Numbered from the stretch's first letter, positions 40,938-51,094 are shown. The stretch: DNA of 64,000 nucleotides from Hyalangium minutum (GCF_000737315.1 NZ_JMCB01000006.1:248001-312000), one strand, 5' to 3'. The notes: generated from the sequence alone by a model not told the origin. Made by a program: numbers and translations.

Positions 40938-42216
40938 GAGTGCGGAAGGCCTTCTTCGCCGCGCCGAGGATGTGCGCCACCTCCGGCTCGCCGATGGCCA
41001 GCGAGACGAAGGCCGCCTCGAACTGGCTCGGCGGCAGGTAGACGCCCTCGTGCAGCATGGCGTGGAAGAACTTGGAGAAGCGTGCCGTGTCCGCCTTCTT
41101 CGCGCTGGCGTAGTCGTACACCGGGCTGTCCGTGAAGAAGACGGTGAACATGCTGCCCACGCGGTTGAGGGTGACAGGCACCCCGGCCGCCTTCGCCTCG
41201 GCCACGAACCCCTCCTCCAACATGGCGCTGATCTGCTCCAGCCGCTTGTAGGTGCCCGGCGCCGCCAGCGCCTTGAGGCACGCCAGACCCGCAGCCACCG
41301 CCACCGGGTTCCCCGACAGCGTGCCGGACTGGTACACGGGGCCCTCGGGCGCGATCTTCGCCATGATGTCGCGTCGCCCGCCGTACGCGCCCAGCGGCAT
41401 GCCGCCGCCCGCCACCTTCGCGAACGTCGAGAGGTCCGGCTTCAGCCCGTACAGCTCCTGCGCCCCTCCGCGCGCGAGCCGGAAGCCCGTCATCACCTCG
41501 TCCAGCACCAGCAGCACGCCGTGCTTGCGGCACAGCTCCTGGAGGTCCTTCAGGTAGTTCAGCTTGGGGATGAGCACGCCCATGTTGCCCACCACCGGCT
41601 CGATGATGGCGCAGGCGATCTCCTTGCCCTTCTCCGCGAAGATGCGCTCCACCGCCGCCAGGTCATTGAAGGGCGCGGTGAGGGTGAGCTTCGCCAGCGC
41701 GGACGGCACGCCCGGCGAGTCCGGCAGCCCCAGCGTCTCCACACCGCTGCCCGCCTTCACCAGGAACGGATCGCCCGCGCCGTGGAAGCAGCCCTCGAAC
41801 TTGAGGATGAAGTCGCGGCCGGTAAAGCCGCGCGCCAGGCGAATGGCCGCCACGGTGGCCTCGGTGCCGCTGGAGACCAGGCGCACCTTCTCCACGCTGG
41901 GCACGGTGGCGCAGATGAGCTCCGCCAGTTCCACCTCGCCCGGAGAGGGGGCGCCATAGGAGGTGCCACGGCGGGCCGCATCGATGATCGCCTCCACCAC
42001 GGGCGGGTAGGCGTGCCCCAGGATGAGCGGACCCCAGCTGCCCACGAGATCCACATAGCGGTTGCCATCCACATCCGTCATCCACGCGCCCTGGGCCTCG
42101 CGGAAGAAGACGGGGTCGCCTCCCACGCCTCGGAAGGCGCGCACGGGCGAGTTCACTCCGCCGGGGATGCGCTCCTGCGCGCGGGTAAAGAGAGCCTTGC
42201 TCTGGGAGTGGTTCAT
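40930..42216 (-). CDS. hemL: Glutamate-1-semialdehyde 2,1-aminomutase
   Basis: IPGGVNSPVRAF, SSGTEAT, FEGCFHG, DEVMTGFR, YQSGTLSGNP. Alternative start at 42228. Confidence 0.96.
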   Translation of the reverse strand: MNHSQSKALFTRAQERIPGGVNSPVRAFRGVGGDPVFFREAQGAWMTDVDGNRYVDLVGSWGPLILGHAYPPVVEAIIDAARRGTSYGAPSPGEVELAELICATVPSVEKVRLVSSGTEATVAAIRLARGFTGRDFILKFEGCFHGAGDPFLVKAGSGVETLGLPDSPGVPSALAKLTLTAPFNDLAAVERIFAEKGKEIACAIIEPVVGNMGVLIPKLNYLKDLQELCRKHGVLLVLDEVMTGFRLARGGAQELYGLKPDLSTFAKVAGGGMPLGAYGGRRDIMAKIAPEGPVYQSGTLSGNPVAVAAGLACLKALAAPGTYKRLEQISAMLEEGFVAEAKAAGVPVTLNRVGSMFTVFFTDSPVYDYASAKKADTARFSKFFHAMLHEGVYLPPSQFEAAFVSLAIGEPEVAHILGAAKKAFRTLG

Positions 42217-42385
42217 GTCGCGCTGCATACCACACGCGAAGGAACCGGAAGAAATGCCAGTGCTTCGTCAAGAGGCGGCTGTAACTCTTCCCGTTGAGTT
42301 GCCCTGTGGACGCACCCAAACGTCCGCTTCTCCTCACATTCGAAGATGGCGCGCCGCTTGCTCTCTGCTCCTCAGAACCTTCTTC

Positions 42386-42643
42386 ATGCTGCGTCCCATC
42401 CACAGAGTCGCGGGGTCCTACCGCGTCACCTTCTCGCCCGAAGCATGGAGGTTGATCGGCAGCATGCCGTCCGCGACCTTCCAGAGCCTGCAACGTGCGC
42501 TGGAGCGCATCGCGTACGCACCCGGCCGCGCAGCCGCGGAGGCCTCTCTGAGTGCGACCCTGGACGGCCTCACCGTCATCTATGAGCTGAATGACGCGGA
42601 GCGGAGCCTCACGGTGGTGAACATCCTGCGGACAGGGCACTGA
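42386..42643 (+). CDS. Small RelE/ParE-fold-like protein
   Basis: YRVTFSPEAWRLI...LTVIYELNDAERSLTVVNI pattern. Confidence 0.5.
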   Translation: MLRPIHRVAGSYRVTFSPEAWRLIGSMPSATFQSLQRALERIAYAPGRAAAEASLSATLDGLTVIYELNDAERSLTVVNILRTGH

Positions 42644-42701
42644 TGCCCTTCAGGACATCTCCGTTGTCCGAGCCCCCGGGTTCGACGGATGATACCTCCA
42701 C

Positions 42702-45700
42702 ATGCAGCTGGGAGATCTCATAGCCGGGCGCTTCGAGCTCAAGAGGCGTGCAGGGACCGGCGGAATGGGCGAGGTCTTCCAGGCGCTCGACGCGGAGACG
42801 GGCCGCCTCGTCGCAATCAAGGTCCTCCACGACGCCAACGATCGCGACCGGTTCGAGCAGGAGGCCCGCGCGCTCAGTGAGCTCTACCACCCGGCCATCG
42901 TCCGCCCCGTGGCCTATGGGGCGACTTCGGGGGGCGCTCCTTACCTCGCCATGGAGTGGCTGGAGGGGGAAGACCTCGCCTCGCTCTTGCGGCGGCGGCG
43001 GCTCGGCGCGGACGAAGCCATCCGGCTCACGTGCCGCATCGCCAGCGCGCTCGGAGAGGCGCACAGCCGAGGGCTGATCCACCGGGACATCAAACCCGCC
43101 AACCTCTTCATCGAGCGCGACGACGTGAGCCAGGCGCGGCTGCTGGACTTCGGCATCGCCCGGTTCCAGGGGCAGGCGCGGCTGACGCGGACGAACGCCC
43201 CCCTGGGGACACCCGGCTACATGGCTCCCGAGCAGGCCCGGGGCGATCCGGAGCTGACGCCCGCGATGGACATCTTCTCGCTCGGCTGCGTGCTCTTCGA
43301 GGTGCTCGCGGGCAGGCCCGCCTTCGAGGGCCAGCACATGATGGCCATCCTGGCCAAGCTCATCTTCATGGAGGCGCCTCCGCTCGAGGCCTCGCGCCCC
43401 GACCTTGCCCCCGAGCTCGCCTCGCTCGTGGCGAGGATGCTCGCGAAGGAGCCCGCCTCGCGCCCTCAGGATGGCATGGCGCTGCTCGTGGAGCTCACGG
43501 CGCTCGAAGCGCTGCTGGCCCCTGGCATGGCTCAGGAGCGGACGCCGGTCCCGGTGCCGCCCCCGGGCTCTCTCACCGAGCACGAGCAGCGCATGGTCTC
43601 GGTGGTGATGATGGGCCCTGGCAAGCCGGGAGGGCAGGACGCGGAGGCCTGGACTCTCCCCCCCGAGGTGTGGCGCATCGCCCAGGAGGCAGGCGGCAAC
43701 CAGGAGCGCCTCGCGGACGGCTCCATCACCGTGACGTTTGGCGGCCCAGGCATCGTCAAGGATCAGGTGACGCTCGCCTCGCGGTTCGCGCTCGCGCTGC
43801 GCGGGCACGACCCGGAGGTACCCATCGCGCTCGCCACGGGCCGGGGGGCCACACGCAAGGACTCGGCCCTCGGCGAGGCCCTCGAGCGGGCGGCTCAGCG
43901 TATTGCCCTGCATGACGCCCACGGCCCGGGCCCGTTCCCCGTGGCCATCGACAGCACGACCGCGGCGCTGCTGGATCCGCGCTTCGAGTGGAGGGAGGGC
44001 ACGCAGGGGCCGGAGCTCTGGGGCGAGCGGGATCAGCCTGGAACGGCGAGGACGCTGCTCGGAAAGCCCACGCCCTATGTGGGCCGGGACATCGAACTGC
44101 GGATGTTCGAGCAGGCCTTCGACACCTGCGTGGAGGAGCCCTCGGCGCAGGTGTTCCTCGTCACGGCCCCAGCGGGGATGGGGAAGTCCCGCTTGGCTCG
44201 CGAGTTCATCAACTTCATCCGAGGACGGGCTCCAGAGGCCGCCATCTGGCAGGGACGGGCGGACTCCTCGCGCGCGGGCTCTTCGCTGCACCTGCTCGGC
44301 CACGCGCTGCGGGGCGCGCTCGGGCTCCACGGCAGCACCTCCCTGGAGGTCCAGCGGGAGAAGCTGCGAGCCCGCTTCGGCGGGCCCCAGGCCCCCCCGG
44401 ACACGCTGCGGCTGTGTGAGTTCCTCGGAGAGCTGGTGGGCGTGCCCTTCCTGGAGCCGAGCAGCCCTCAGCTCGCCGCCGCGAGGCAGGATCCCCAGCT
44501 CATGGCCGAGCAGCTCCAGCGCACCTTCGAGGAGTTCCTGCTGGCCGAGTGCGCGACGCGCCCCGTGGTGCTCATCTTCGATGATCTGCACTGGGGAGAT
44601 GCCGCGAGCTTGCGCTTCGTGGATCAGGCGCTGCAGCAGGCCCGGCTCCGGCCCGTGTTCGTGCTGGGCCTGGCGAGGCCGGAGGTCCACTCGCGCTTCC
44701 CCCGGCTCTGGAGCAGGCACAGCCCTCAGGAGATCCGCCTGCGCTCCCTGTCGGCCCGGGCGAGCCAGCGGCTGGTCCGGTCTGTCCTGGGCGAAGCGCT
44801 CACAGAGCCGGAGCTCGAACGGCTGGTGGCCCGATCCGAGGGCAACGCCTTCTACCTGGAGGAACTGATCCGCGCGGTGGCCGAGGGTCAGAGTGCACTG
44901 CCGGACACGGTGGTGGGCATGGTGCAGTCGCGGCTCGCGGCGCTCGAGCCCGATGCGCGGCGGGTGCTCCGGGCCGCGAGCGTCTATGGTGAGGTCTTCT
45001 GGAGGAGCGCCACCGTGGCCCTGCTGGGGGGCATGCGCACGAACCAGGCCCTGGACTGGCTCCTGCTGCTGGTTCAGCGTGAGGTGCTCGTGCGCCGCCC
45101 GGAGAGCCGCTTCCCCGGTGAGGAGGAGTTCTCCTTCCGGCACGCCCTGCTGCGGGAGGGAGCCTATGCGCTGCTGACCGAGGAGGATCGCGTGCTGGGG
45201 CACCGCCTCGCGGGCGAGTGGCTGGAGCAGCATGGCGAGGGCGACGCGCTGGCGCTCGCGGAGCACTTCGAGAAGGGCAAGGAGCTGGAGCGTGCCGCCT
45301 GGCTCTATGTGCGGGCCGTAGATCGCGCCGCCGAGGCCGATGACTCCGAGGCCATCCTGTTCTGCACGGAGCGAGGCCTTCACTGCTGCAACTCCCACGG
45401 CGAGCAACGGGGTGCCTTGCTGAGCCTGAAGGCCAGTGTGCACGTGGCGCGGGCGCAGTACACGGAGGCCATCGCGCTCAGCTCCGAGGCGCTGGACCTG
45501 CTGCCCGCGGGGAGCAGGCGTTGGTACATGACGTTCCACCACCTCCTTCCCGCCGTCGCCTTCACCCAGCCGGCGGCCTTCATGGACTGCGCACGGCGCT
45601 TCCTGGACGTGCCGCCCAACCCCGAGGCACGGGTCGAGTACATCCGGGCAGGCTCGTGGCTGTTCGCCATGCTCGAAGTCACCGGCGCCAAGGACATCGC

Positions 45701-46604
45701 CCACAGCCTGTACTTGCGGATCCAGCAGGAGAGCACCCACCTGGATCCGAATGACTCCAGCGCGTGGGCTTACGTCTGGGGGTGCAATGCCAGCCACTGG
45801 CACCTCGCGGAGAACGCCCCCTGGAGATGCATGCAGTCCAACGCGGAGGCCGTACACCGGTACGAGCGGTCCGAGCTCTGGCGGCAGCGGATCATCGTCG
45901 GCGCCCATCAGGGCAAGGCGCTCACGGACCTCGGGGACTCCGCTGGCGCCGAGGCCGTCCTGAGAGAGAACCTGCAGGTGGCCGAGCGGCGGGGCGAGGC
46001 AATGCCGCTTACCTACGCGCGGACTTACCTGGCGCGGAATCAGGCCATCGCCTTGCCAGTCGATCGGCTCGGTGAGGCGGAGGAGCTCGCACGTGCGGCA
46101 ATCGCCGGAGAGAACCAGTCGCTGCTGGGCCCCGCCCATGGCGCGCTGGCCACCATCGCGCTCCGGCGCGGCGAGCTCGAGGCTGCCGAAGCCGAGGCTC
46201 GCACCGCCTGCGAGTGGGTGAAGCCCTTCCCGACCTATTCCTGGGATCTCGTCGCGCTCCGAGCCCGGATCCTGCTCTCGATGGGGCGTGTCCAGGAGGC
46301 GCTGTCTCTCAGCGAGGAGACGCTGCGGCAGTTCGAGCACATCGGGATGACGGGCCAGGGGGAGATTGACCTGCGACTGGCCGTCGCGGAGGCCCGCGAG
46401 GCCGCCGGCCAATCCGAGGCCGCACGGGAGATGCTCCAGCTCACCCTGCCCCGGCTCCGGGTGCGGATGGAGGACATTCCCAGCGCCGAGGCGCGTGCGC
46501 GCTACCTCACCCAGGTCCGGGCCCATGCGCGGCTGCTCGAGCTGGCGCGGGAAAAGCTGGGCCGCGAGGCCGTGCGCGCCGAGGGATTGGAAATCGCGGA
46601 CTGA
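42702..46604 (+). CDS. Ser/Thr kinase - degenerate cyclase-like domain - STAND ATPase - TPR-like protein
   Basis: HRDIKPAN/DFG kinase; YVGRDIE, APAGMGKS, LIFDDLHW, SEGNAFYLEEL, FRHALLREGAY; helical C-terminus. Confidence 0.9.
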   Translation: MQLGDLIAGRFELKRRAGTGGMGEVFQALDAETGRLVAIKVLHDANDRDRFEQEARALSELYHPAIVRPVAYGATSGGAPYLAMEWLEGEDLASLLRRRRLGADEAIRLTCRIASALGEAHSRGLIHRDIKPANLFIERDDVSQARLLDFGIARFQGQARLTRTNAPLGTPGYMAPEQARGDPELTPAMDIFSLGCVLFEVLAGRPAFEGQHMMAILAKLIFMEAPPLEASRPDLAPELASLVARMLAKEPASRPQDGMALLVELTALEALLAPGMAQERTPVPVPPPGSLTEHEQRMVSVVMMGPGKPGGQDAEAWTLPPEVWRIAQEAGGNQERLADGSITVTFGGPGIVKDQVTLASRFALALRGHDPEVPIALATGRGATRKDSALGEALERAAQRIALHDAHGPGPFPVAIDSTTAALLDPRFEWREGTQGPELWGERDQPGTARTLLGKPTPYVGRDIELRMFEQAFDTCVEEPSAQVFLVTAPAGMGKSRLAREFINFIRGRAPEAAIWQGRADSSRAGSSLHLLGHALRGALGLHGSTSLEVQREKLRARFGGPQAPPDTLRLCEFLGELVGVPFLEPSSPQLAAARQDPQLMAEQLQRTFEEFLLAECATRPVVLIFDDLHWGDAASLRFVDQALQQARLRPVFVLGLARPEVHSRFPRLWSRHSPQEIRLRSLSARASQRLVRSVLGEALTEPELERLVARSEGNAFYLEELIRAVAEGQSALPDTVVGMVQSRLAALEPDARRVLRAASVYGEVFWRSATVALLGGMRTNQALDWLLLLVQREVLVRRPESRFPGEEEFSFRHALLREGAYALLTEEDRVLGHRLAGEWLEQHGEGDALALAEHFEKGKELERAAWLYVRAVDRAAEADDSEAILFCTERGLHCCNSHGEQRGALLSLKASVHVARAQYTEAIALSSEALDLLPAGSRRWYMTFHHLLPAVAFTQPAAFMDCARRFLDVPPNPEARVEYIRAGSWLFAMLEVTGAKDIAHSLYLRIQQESTHLDPNDSSAWAYVWGCNASHWHLAENAPWRCMQSNAEAVHRYERSELWRQRIIVGAHQGKALTDLGDSAGAEAVLRENLQVAERRGEAMPLTYARTYLARNQAIALPVDRLGEAEELARAAIAGENQSLLGPAHGALATIALRRGELEAAEAEARTACEWVKPFPTYSWDLVALRARILLSMGRVQEALSLSEETLRQFEHIGMTGQGEIDLRLAVAEAREAAGQSEAAREMLQLTLPRLRVRMEDIPSAEARARYLTQVRAHARLLELAREKLGREAVRAEGLEIAD

Positions 46605-46623
46605 GCCGCAGAGAATCGGCGCC

Positions 46624-47562
46624 ATGATTCGCACCACTCAGCGGCGGACCCTCACGCTGGAGGCGCCGGAGCAGCCCGGGCGCCCCGCACATGTCTCGGC
46701 GGCCAGCGGCCTCGTGGCGGTGGGCCCGTGGCTCTATGTCGTCGCGGATGATGCGCTCCACCTCGCCGTCTTCCCGCGTGAGGGCACAGCCCCCGGGAGA
46801 AGCGTCCGCCTCTTCCCGGGCGAGCTGCCCCTGGAGCACCGGGAGCGCAAGGCGGCCAAGCCGGACCTGGAGGCGCTCTGCCTGCTGGCGCCCTTCGAGG
46901 GCTGCCCTCATGGAGCGCTGCTGGCGATGCCCTCGGGCTCCACGGCGGAGCGGCAGCGCGGCGCGCTCCTTCCGCTGGCGGCAGATGGAACGCTGGCGGG
47001 CGGGGCGCGCCTGCTGGACTTCACGGCGCTGTACTCCCAGCTGGCGCGGGAGCTGGGGCCATTGAACGTGGAGGGTGCGGCGGTGTCGGGGGCCCGGCTG
47101 CGGCTGCTCCAGCGCGGCAACGGAGACCAGGGAACGGACGCGCTGGTGGACCTGGACCATGAGCGGATCATCCGCGCGCTGGTGACGGGACGGGACCCGG
47201 GCCCCGAGACGGTGCGAACCGTGAAGCGCTGGGAGCTGGGCCGAGCCGGTGGAGTGCGGCTGTCCTTCACCGACGCCTCGCCGCTGCCGGATGGGCGCAT
47301 CATCTTCACCGCCGCCGCCGAGGACACGCGAGACACCTACGCCGATGGCCAGGTCACCGGCTCGGCGGTGGGAGTACTGGCGCCGGATGGCGCGCCGCTG
47401 TTCCTGGACGGGGTGGACGCGAAGGTAAAGCTGGAGGGCGTGAGCGCGCGCGTGGAGGGTGGACGCGTACACCTGCTGCTGGTCGCGGACGCGGATGATC
47501 CGGCCGTGCCGGCCCCCCTGCTGGAAGCGGTGCTGGAGGGCGTGCCCGCCTCCCTCCGCTGA
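46624..47562 (+). CDS. Hypothetical beta-propeller-like protein (DUF6929/DUF3616-like)
   Basis: SAASGL...YVVADD, KPDLEAL, LNVEGA and KLEGV motifs. Confidence 0.65.
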   Translation: MIRTTQRRTLTLEAPEQPGRPAHVSAASGLVAVGPWLYVVADDALHLAVFPREGTAPGRSVRLFPGELPLEHRERKAAKPDLEALCLLAPFEGCPHGALLAMPSGSTAERQRGALLPLAADGTLAGGARLLDFTALYSQLARELGPLNVEGAAVSGARLRLLQRGNGDQGTDALVDLDHERIIRALVTGRDPGPETVRTVKRWELGRAGGVRLSFTDASPLPDGRIIFTAAAEDTRDTYADGQVTGSAVGVLAPDGAPLFLDGVDAKVKLEGVSARVEGGRVHLLLVADADDPAVPAPLLEAVLEGVPASLR

Positions 47563-47593
47563 AGGGGACGACGCAGTGTGTTAAACAAGGGGC

Positions 47594-48790
47594 ATGCGCC
47601 TGGTCTCTCGCAGCCTCCTCCTCGTCCTCACGCTGTCCTCGGTCATCGCCTGCAAGAGTCAGAAGGAGGAGCCTCCCGCCCCTGCCAAGGCTCCCGCCGC
47701 CGCGGCCGCTGCCCCCGCCACGGAGAAGCTGCGCATCGGGCTGGTCCTCGGACTGGGCGGACGCGGGGATCAGTCCTTCAATGACTCGGCGTTGCGAGGC
47801 CTGGAGCTCTGGGCCGCGGGCGTGAAGTACGAGGGGAACACATATAAGGAGGCCTCGCCGGAGGAGCTCCGCGCCTCGCTCGCCCCGGAGCTGACGCGGC
47901 ACGAGCCGCCCATCACCCCGCTGGGCATCACCCCCTCCATCCTGCAGAGCCGCGTCCAAGAGGACTATGAGCCCAACCTTCAGCTCATGGTGGATCAGGA
48001 CCCGGCGCTGATCATCGGCGTGGGCTTCATGCTGGAGAACGCGGTGGAGGTGGTGGCCCAGCGCAACCCGGGCAAGCAGTTCCTCCTCGTCGACACCCCG
48101 CTGTTCAACGCGCAGAACGAGCCGTACACCCTGCCCAACGTGCGCACGGTGACGTACCGGGCCGAGGAGGGCTGCTACCTGGCGGGGGCGATGGCGGGGC
48201 TCGCCACGAAGGGGAACAAGATTGGCTTCGTGGGGGGCATGCAGATCCCCCTGGTGAAGCAGTACGAGGCGGGCTTCCGCGCGGGCGTGGCCGCCACCAA
48301 TCCTCAGGCGACCGTGGTGTCCAACTACACGGGCAGCTTCACCAATTTCGCCCTCGGCAAGCAGGTGGGGCAGGACCTGGTGGCCAAGGGCATGGACGTC
48401 ATCTTCGCGGCGGCCGGCGTGGACGGGCTCGGCGCCATCCAGGCCGTCAAGGAGGCGCGGGAGGCAGGCAAGTCCCTCTTCGTCATCGGCGTGGACTCGG
48501 ACCAGTTCCACCTGGCTCCCCAGGCGATGCTCACCACGGTGCTGAAGCGGGTGGACTTGACGGTCTACGAGTCCGTGCGCGACCGGGTCCAGGGCCGCTT
48601 CCAGGGCGGCGCGCGGACGCTGGGCTTGAAGGAGGGAGGCATCGCGCTGGCTCCGGTGCGCCTGGACTTCCCGGGCAAAGAGGAGGCGCTGCGCAGAATC
48701 GAGGAGCTGAAGGCGAAGCTCATCGCCGGAGAGATCCGCATCCCCGCGGACCCCAGTGAGCTTCCGCCGGCAGGCAAGCCCGCTCCCTGA
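47594..48790 (+). CDS. BMP family (PnrA/TmpC-like) substrate-binding lipoprotein
   Basis: Lipobox VIAC, GGRGDQSFN, FVGGM, IGVDSDQ, LKRVD. Confidence 0.9.
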   Translation: MRLVSRSLLLVLTLSSVIACKSQKEEPPAPAKAPAAAAAAPATEKLRIGLVLGLGGRGDQSFNDSALRGLELWAAGVKYEGNTYKEASPEELRASLAPELTRHEPPITPLGITPSILQSRVQEDYEPNLQLMVDQDPALIIGVGFMLENAVEVVAQRNPGKQFLLVDTPLFNAQNEPYTLPNVRTVTYRAEEGCYLAGAMAGLATKGNKIGFVGGMQIPLVKQYEAGFRAGVAATNPQATVVSNYTGSFTNFALGKQVGQDLVAKGMDVIFAAAGVDGLGAIQAVKEAREAGKSLFVIGVDSDQFHLAPQAMLTTVLKRVDLTVYESVRDRVQGRFQGGARTLGLKEGGIALAPVRLDFPGKEEALRRIEELKAKLIAGEIRIPADPSELPPAGKPAP

Positions 48791-48805
48791 GGAGGGAGCC
48801 GCGCC

Positions 48806-49729
48806 TCAGTCGCCGTGGTCGCGCGCGGCCTCGTCGGCGCTGCCGCCCACGGCCTCCACCGAGTTGCGCGGAGGACGGGCGGGCGCCTTGCCGTGGTCGA
48901 AGGCGACGGCCTTCTGGCCCACGGCCTCGGGAGTAGTCTCGGTGATGCGCCGGCGGGCGCGGGAGATGTAGTCCTGCACCAGGTTGGGGTCCGGGTGCGT
49001 CTTGAGGGCCTCGACCCACAGCTCGATGGCCTTCTCGTTCTCACCCGCTTCGGCGCGGATCTTCCCCATCTCCACCAAGGCGTGTGGGGCCAGCTCCGAA
49101 TCCGGGAAGCGCGAGCGCAGGTCCGCGTAGATGCGCGAGGCCTCCTGGCGCCGGCCCTCCATCATGTGGACAGCCTGGGCCTGGAGGAACACGGCGTCAT
49201 CCACGAAGGCGCTGGTGGCGAAGCGCTCACCCAGCTTGCGGGCCTCCAGCTCGCACTGCGCGTAGTCGCCCAGCTCGAAGTAGAGCTTGGCCACCTGGTA
49301 CTGGAGCTCGGCGCCCTGGGGCGGGTTGCGCTGGAGCGCGGCGGCGAGCTGATCAATGGCGCCGCGCAGGTCGCGGTAATGCATGCGCAGCAGCTCCGCG
49401 AGGATGATGCGGGCCTCGAGCGCCTCGGGAGACTCGGGGCACTGCTGGACGAGCTCCTTGTAGACGCTGACGGCCTCCTTCACCTTGCGCTGCTCCAGCC
49501 AGTACACGTCGCCGGCGCCCTTGAGGGCGCGGGCGCGCAGCACCAGCGCGGGGGCGGACTCATCCCGCCGCAGCAAGTCAAAGGCCTTGCGGTACTCGAC
49601 GAGCGCCTCGTCCGGGCGCTTCTCGAAGACGGCATCCCGGGCGCGCTGGAGATGGTCGGCAGGCGTCTCGCGGCACCCCACCCAGAAGCCCATCAGGGCG
49701 CACAGGAGGAGCAGCCGGCTCAATTGCAC
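48806..49729 (-). CDS. TPR-containing lipoprotein (BamD/CpoB-like repeats)
   Basis: RBS GGAGG before GTG 49729, lipobox WVGC, repeated helical ...YPES.EA... units. Confidence 0.75.
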   Translation of the reverse strand: MQLSRLLLLCALMGFWVGCRETPADHLQRARDAVFEKRPDEALVEYRKAFDLLRRDESAPALVLRARALKGAGDVYWLEQRKVKEAVSVYKELVQQCPESPEALEARIILAELLRMHYRDLRGAIDQLAAALQRNPPQGAELQYQVAKLYFELGDYAQCELEARKLGERFATSAFVDDAVFLQAQAVHMMEGRRQEASRIYADLRSRFPDSELAPHALVEMGKIRAEAGENEKAIELWVEALKTHPDPNLVQDYISRARRRITETTPEAVGQKAVAFDHGKAPARPPRNSVEAVGGSADEAARDHGD

Positions 49730-49977
49730 GCCTCCGGGATGACCTTGGTGCAGATGGTCTCCTCGCACTTGACGCACTCCTGCTGGGGAGAGACGTCGGT
49801 GACACACACCGAGACACGGGAGGAGCGCGGGCAATCCTCGGCGGTGGAGCACCGATAGTTGCCGCCATCCGCGCCCAGGGGTGTCTCCTGACGCGAGCCG
49901 CACACCTCGATGTCGTTGCATCCCGAGAGCGCTGTCGCCACCACGGCGGCGAGCGCCCCCTGCCAGAGGAGTCGCAC
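49720..49977 (-). CDS. Small Cys-rich lipoprotein
   Basis: Lipobox LSGC plus 8 further Cys in 85 aa. Overlaps the downstream gene start. Confidence 0.75.
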   Translation of the reverse strand: MRLLWQGALAAVVATALSGCNDIEVCGSRQETPLGADGGNYRCSTAEDCPRSSRVSVCVTDVSPQQECVKCEETICTKVIPEACN

Positions 49978-50082
49978 AGGTCCCTTCTAGCCGGATTTGG
50001 GAGCCGCGTCACGGTTCGGACGGCCTGCCCGGCAGCCCCCCATCCGAGGGCGGGGGCTGGGGTGACGCGGCGTCCCTGGAAC

Positions 50083-51003
50083 TCACGAAGACCGGGACCG
50101 CTTGGGGACCTCCACCCGGTCCAAGTCCTTCACGGCCACCACGTCCGCCACCCGGGTCTTCGCCTCGGCGACGAAGGCAGAGGTGTCCTCGTAGCGCTGC
50201 GAGAAGTGGGTGAGGACGAGCTGGCGGGCCTGAGCGTTCTGCGCCAGCTCGGCGGCCTGGAGCGCGGTCATGTGGAAGTGGTCGTGGGCCTCCTGACGCT
50301 CGGTGTCGAGGTAGGTCGACTCGCAGACGAGCAGGTCCACGCCCTGCGCGAGCACCGCGGCGTTCGGGCACGGCCGCGTGTCCATGACGAAGGCGAAGGC
50401 CTGACCCGGGCGCGTCTCCCCCACCTCCGCGAGGCGGACGATGCGGCCATTCACCATCATGGAGCCCTTGCGCTGGAGCTCACCGACGAGCGGACCCGAG
50501 AGGCCCAGCTCCTTGAGGCGGCCGGGGTTGAGCTGCACGCGGGAGCGCTCCTCGAGGCGGAAGCCGTAGGTGTCCACCGCGTGCTCCAGGCGCGCCGCGG
50601 AGAGCTTCCACGCCTGGGTCTCGGCGAGCACACCATCCTTGGAGATGGGCCGAGGGACGATGGTCGCCTTGTCCATGAAGATGGTGGCGTGGCGGAGCCG
50701 CTCGAAGAAGGCCTGCCCCGAGGCGGGGTAGTAGATCTCCACGGAGTGCGTGGCGCGGTCCAGCGAGAGCCGCTGGATGATGCCGGGCAGCCCGAGCGCG
50801 TGGTCCCCGTGGAAGTGGGTGATGCAGATGCGAGTGACCTGGGTGGCGGACAGCCCGGCCAGGGTCATCTGGCGTTGAGTGCCCTCGCCGGGGTCGAAGA
50901 GGATGCCCTCGTCATCCCAGCGGAGAAAGTACGCGTTGTGGTTGCGGTGCCGGGTGGGAACCTGGCTGGCAGAACCGAGGACGATGAGCTCGCGATTGGA
51001 CAT
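50083..51003 (-). CDS. rnz: Ribonuclease Z
   Basis: VLGSASQVPT, FDPGEGTQRQ, THFHGDH, LEH, MDTRP, ESTY, HMTA, LTHFSQRY. Confidence 0.93.
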   Translation of the reverse strand: MSNRELIVLGSASQVPTRHRNHNAYFLRWDDEGILFDPGEGTQRQMTLAGLSATQVTRICITHFHGDHALGLPGIIQRLSLDRATHSVEIYYPASGQAFFERLRHATIFMDKATIVPRPISKDGVLAETQAWKLSAARLEHAVDTYGFRLEERSRVQLNPGRLKELGLSGPLVGELQRKGSMMVNGRIVRLAEVGETRPGQAFAFVMDTRPCPNAAVLAQGVDLLVCESTYLDTERQEAHDHFHMTALQAAELAQNAQARQLVLTHFSQRYEDTSAFVAEAKTRVADVVAVKDLDRVEVPKRSRSS

Positions 51004-51094
51004 GGGGCTCCTCCGGGATGACCCGCGGCCCCCGACGGTACCCCGCAGCCCTTCCTGATATCCCCACGGCCCACCCACGCGCTGGAGGCGGCGC

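Noticed and set aside
42609-46637. 1342-aa minus-strand ORF
   Set aside because: Antisense shadow of the kinase-STAND gene, typical of high-GC DNA.
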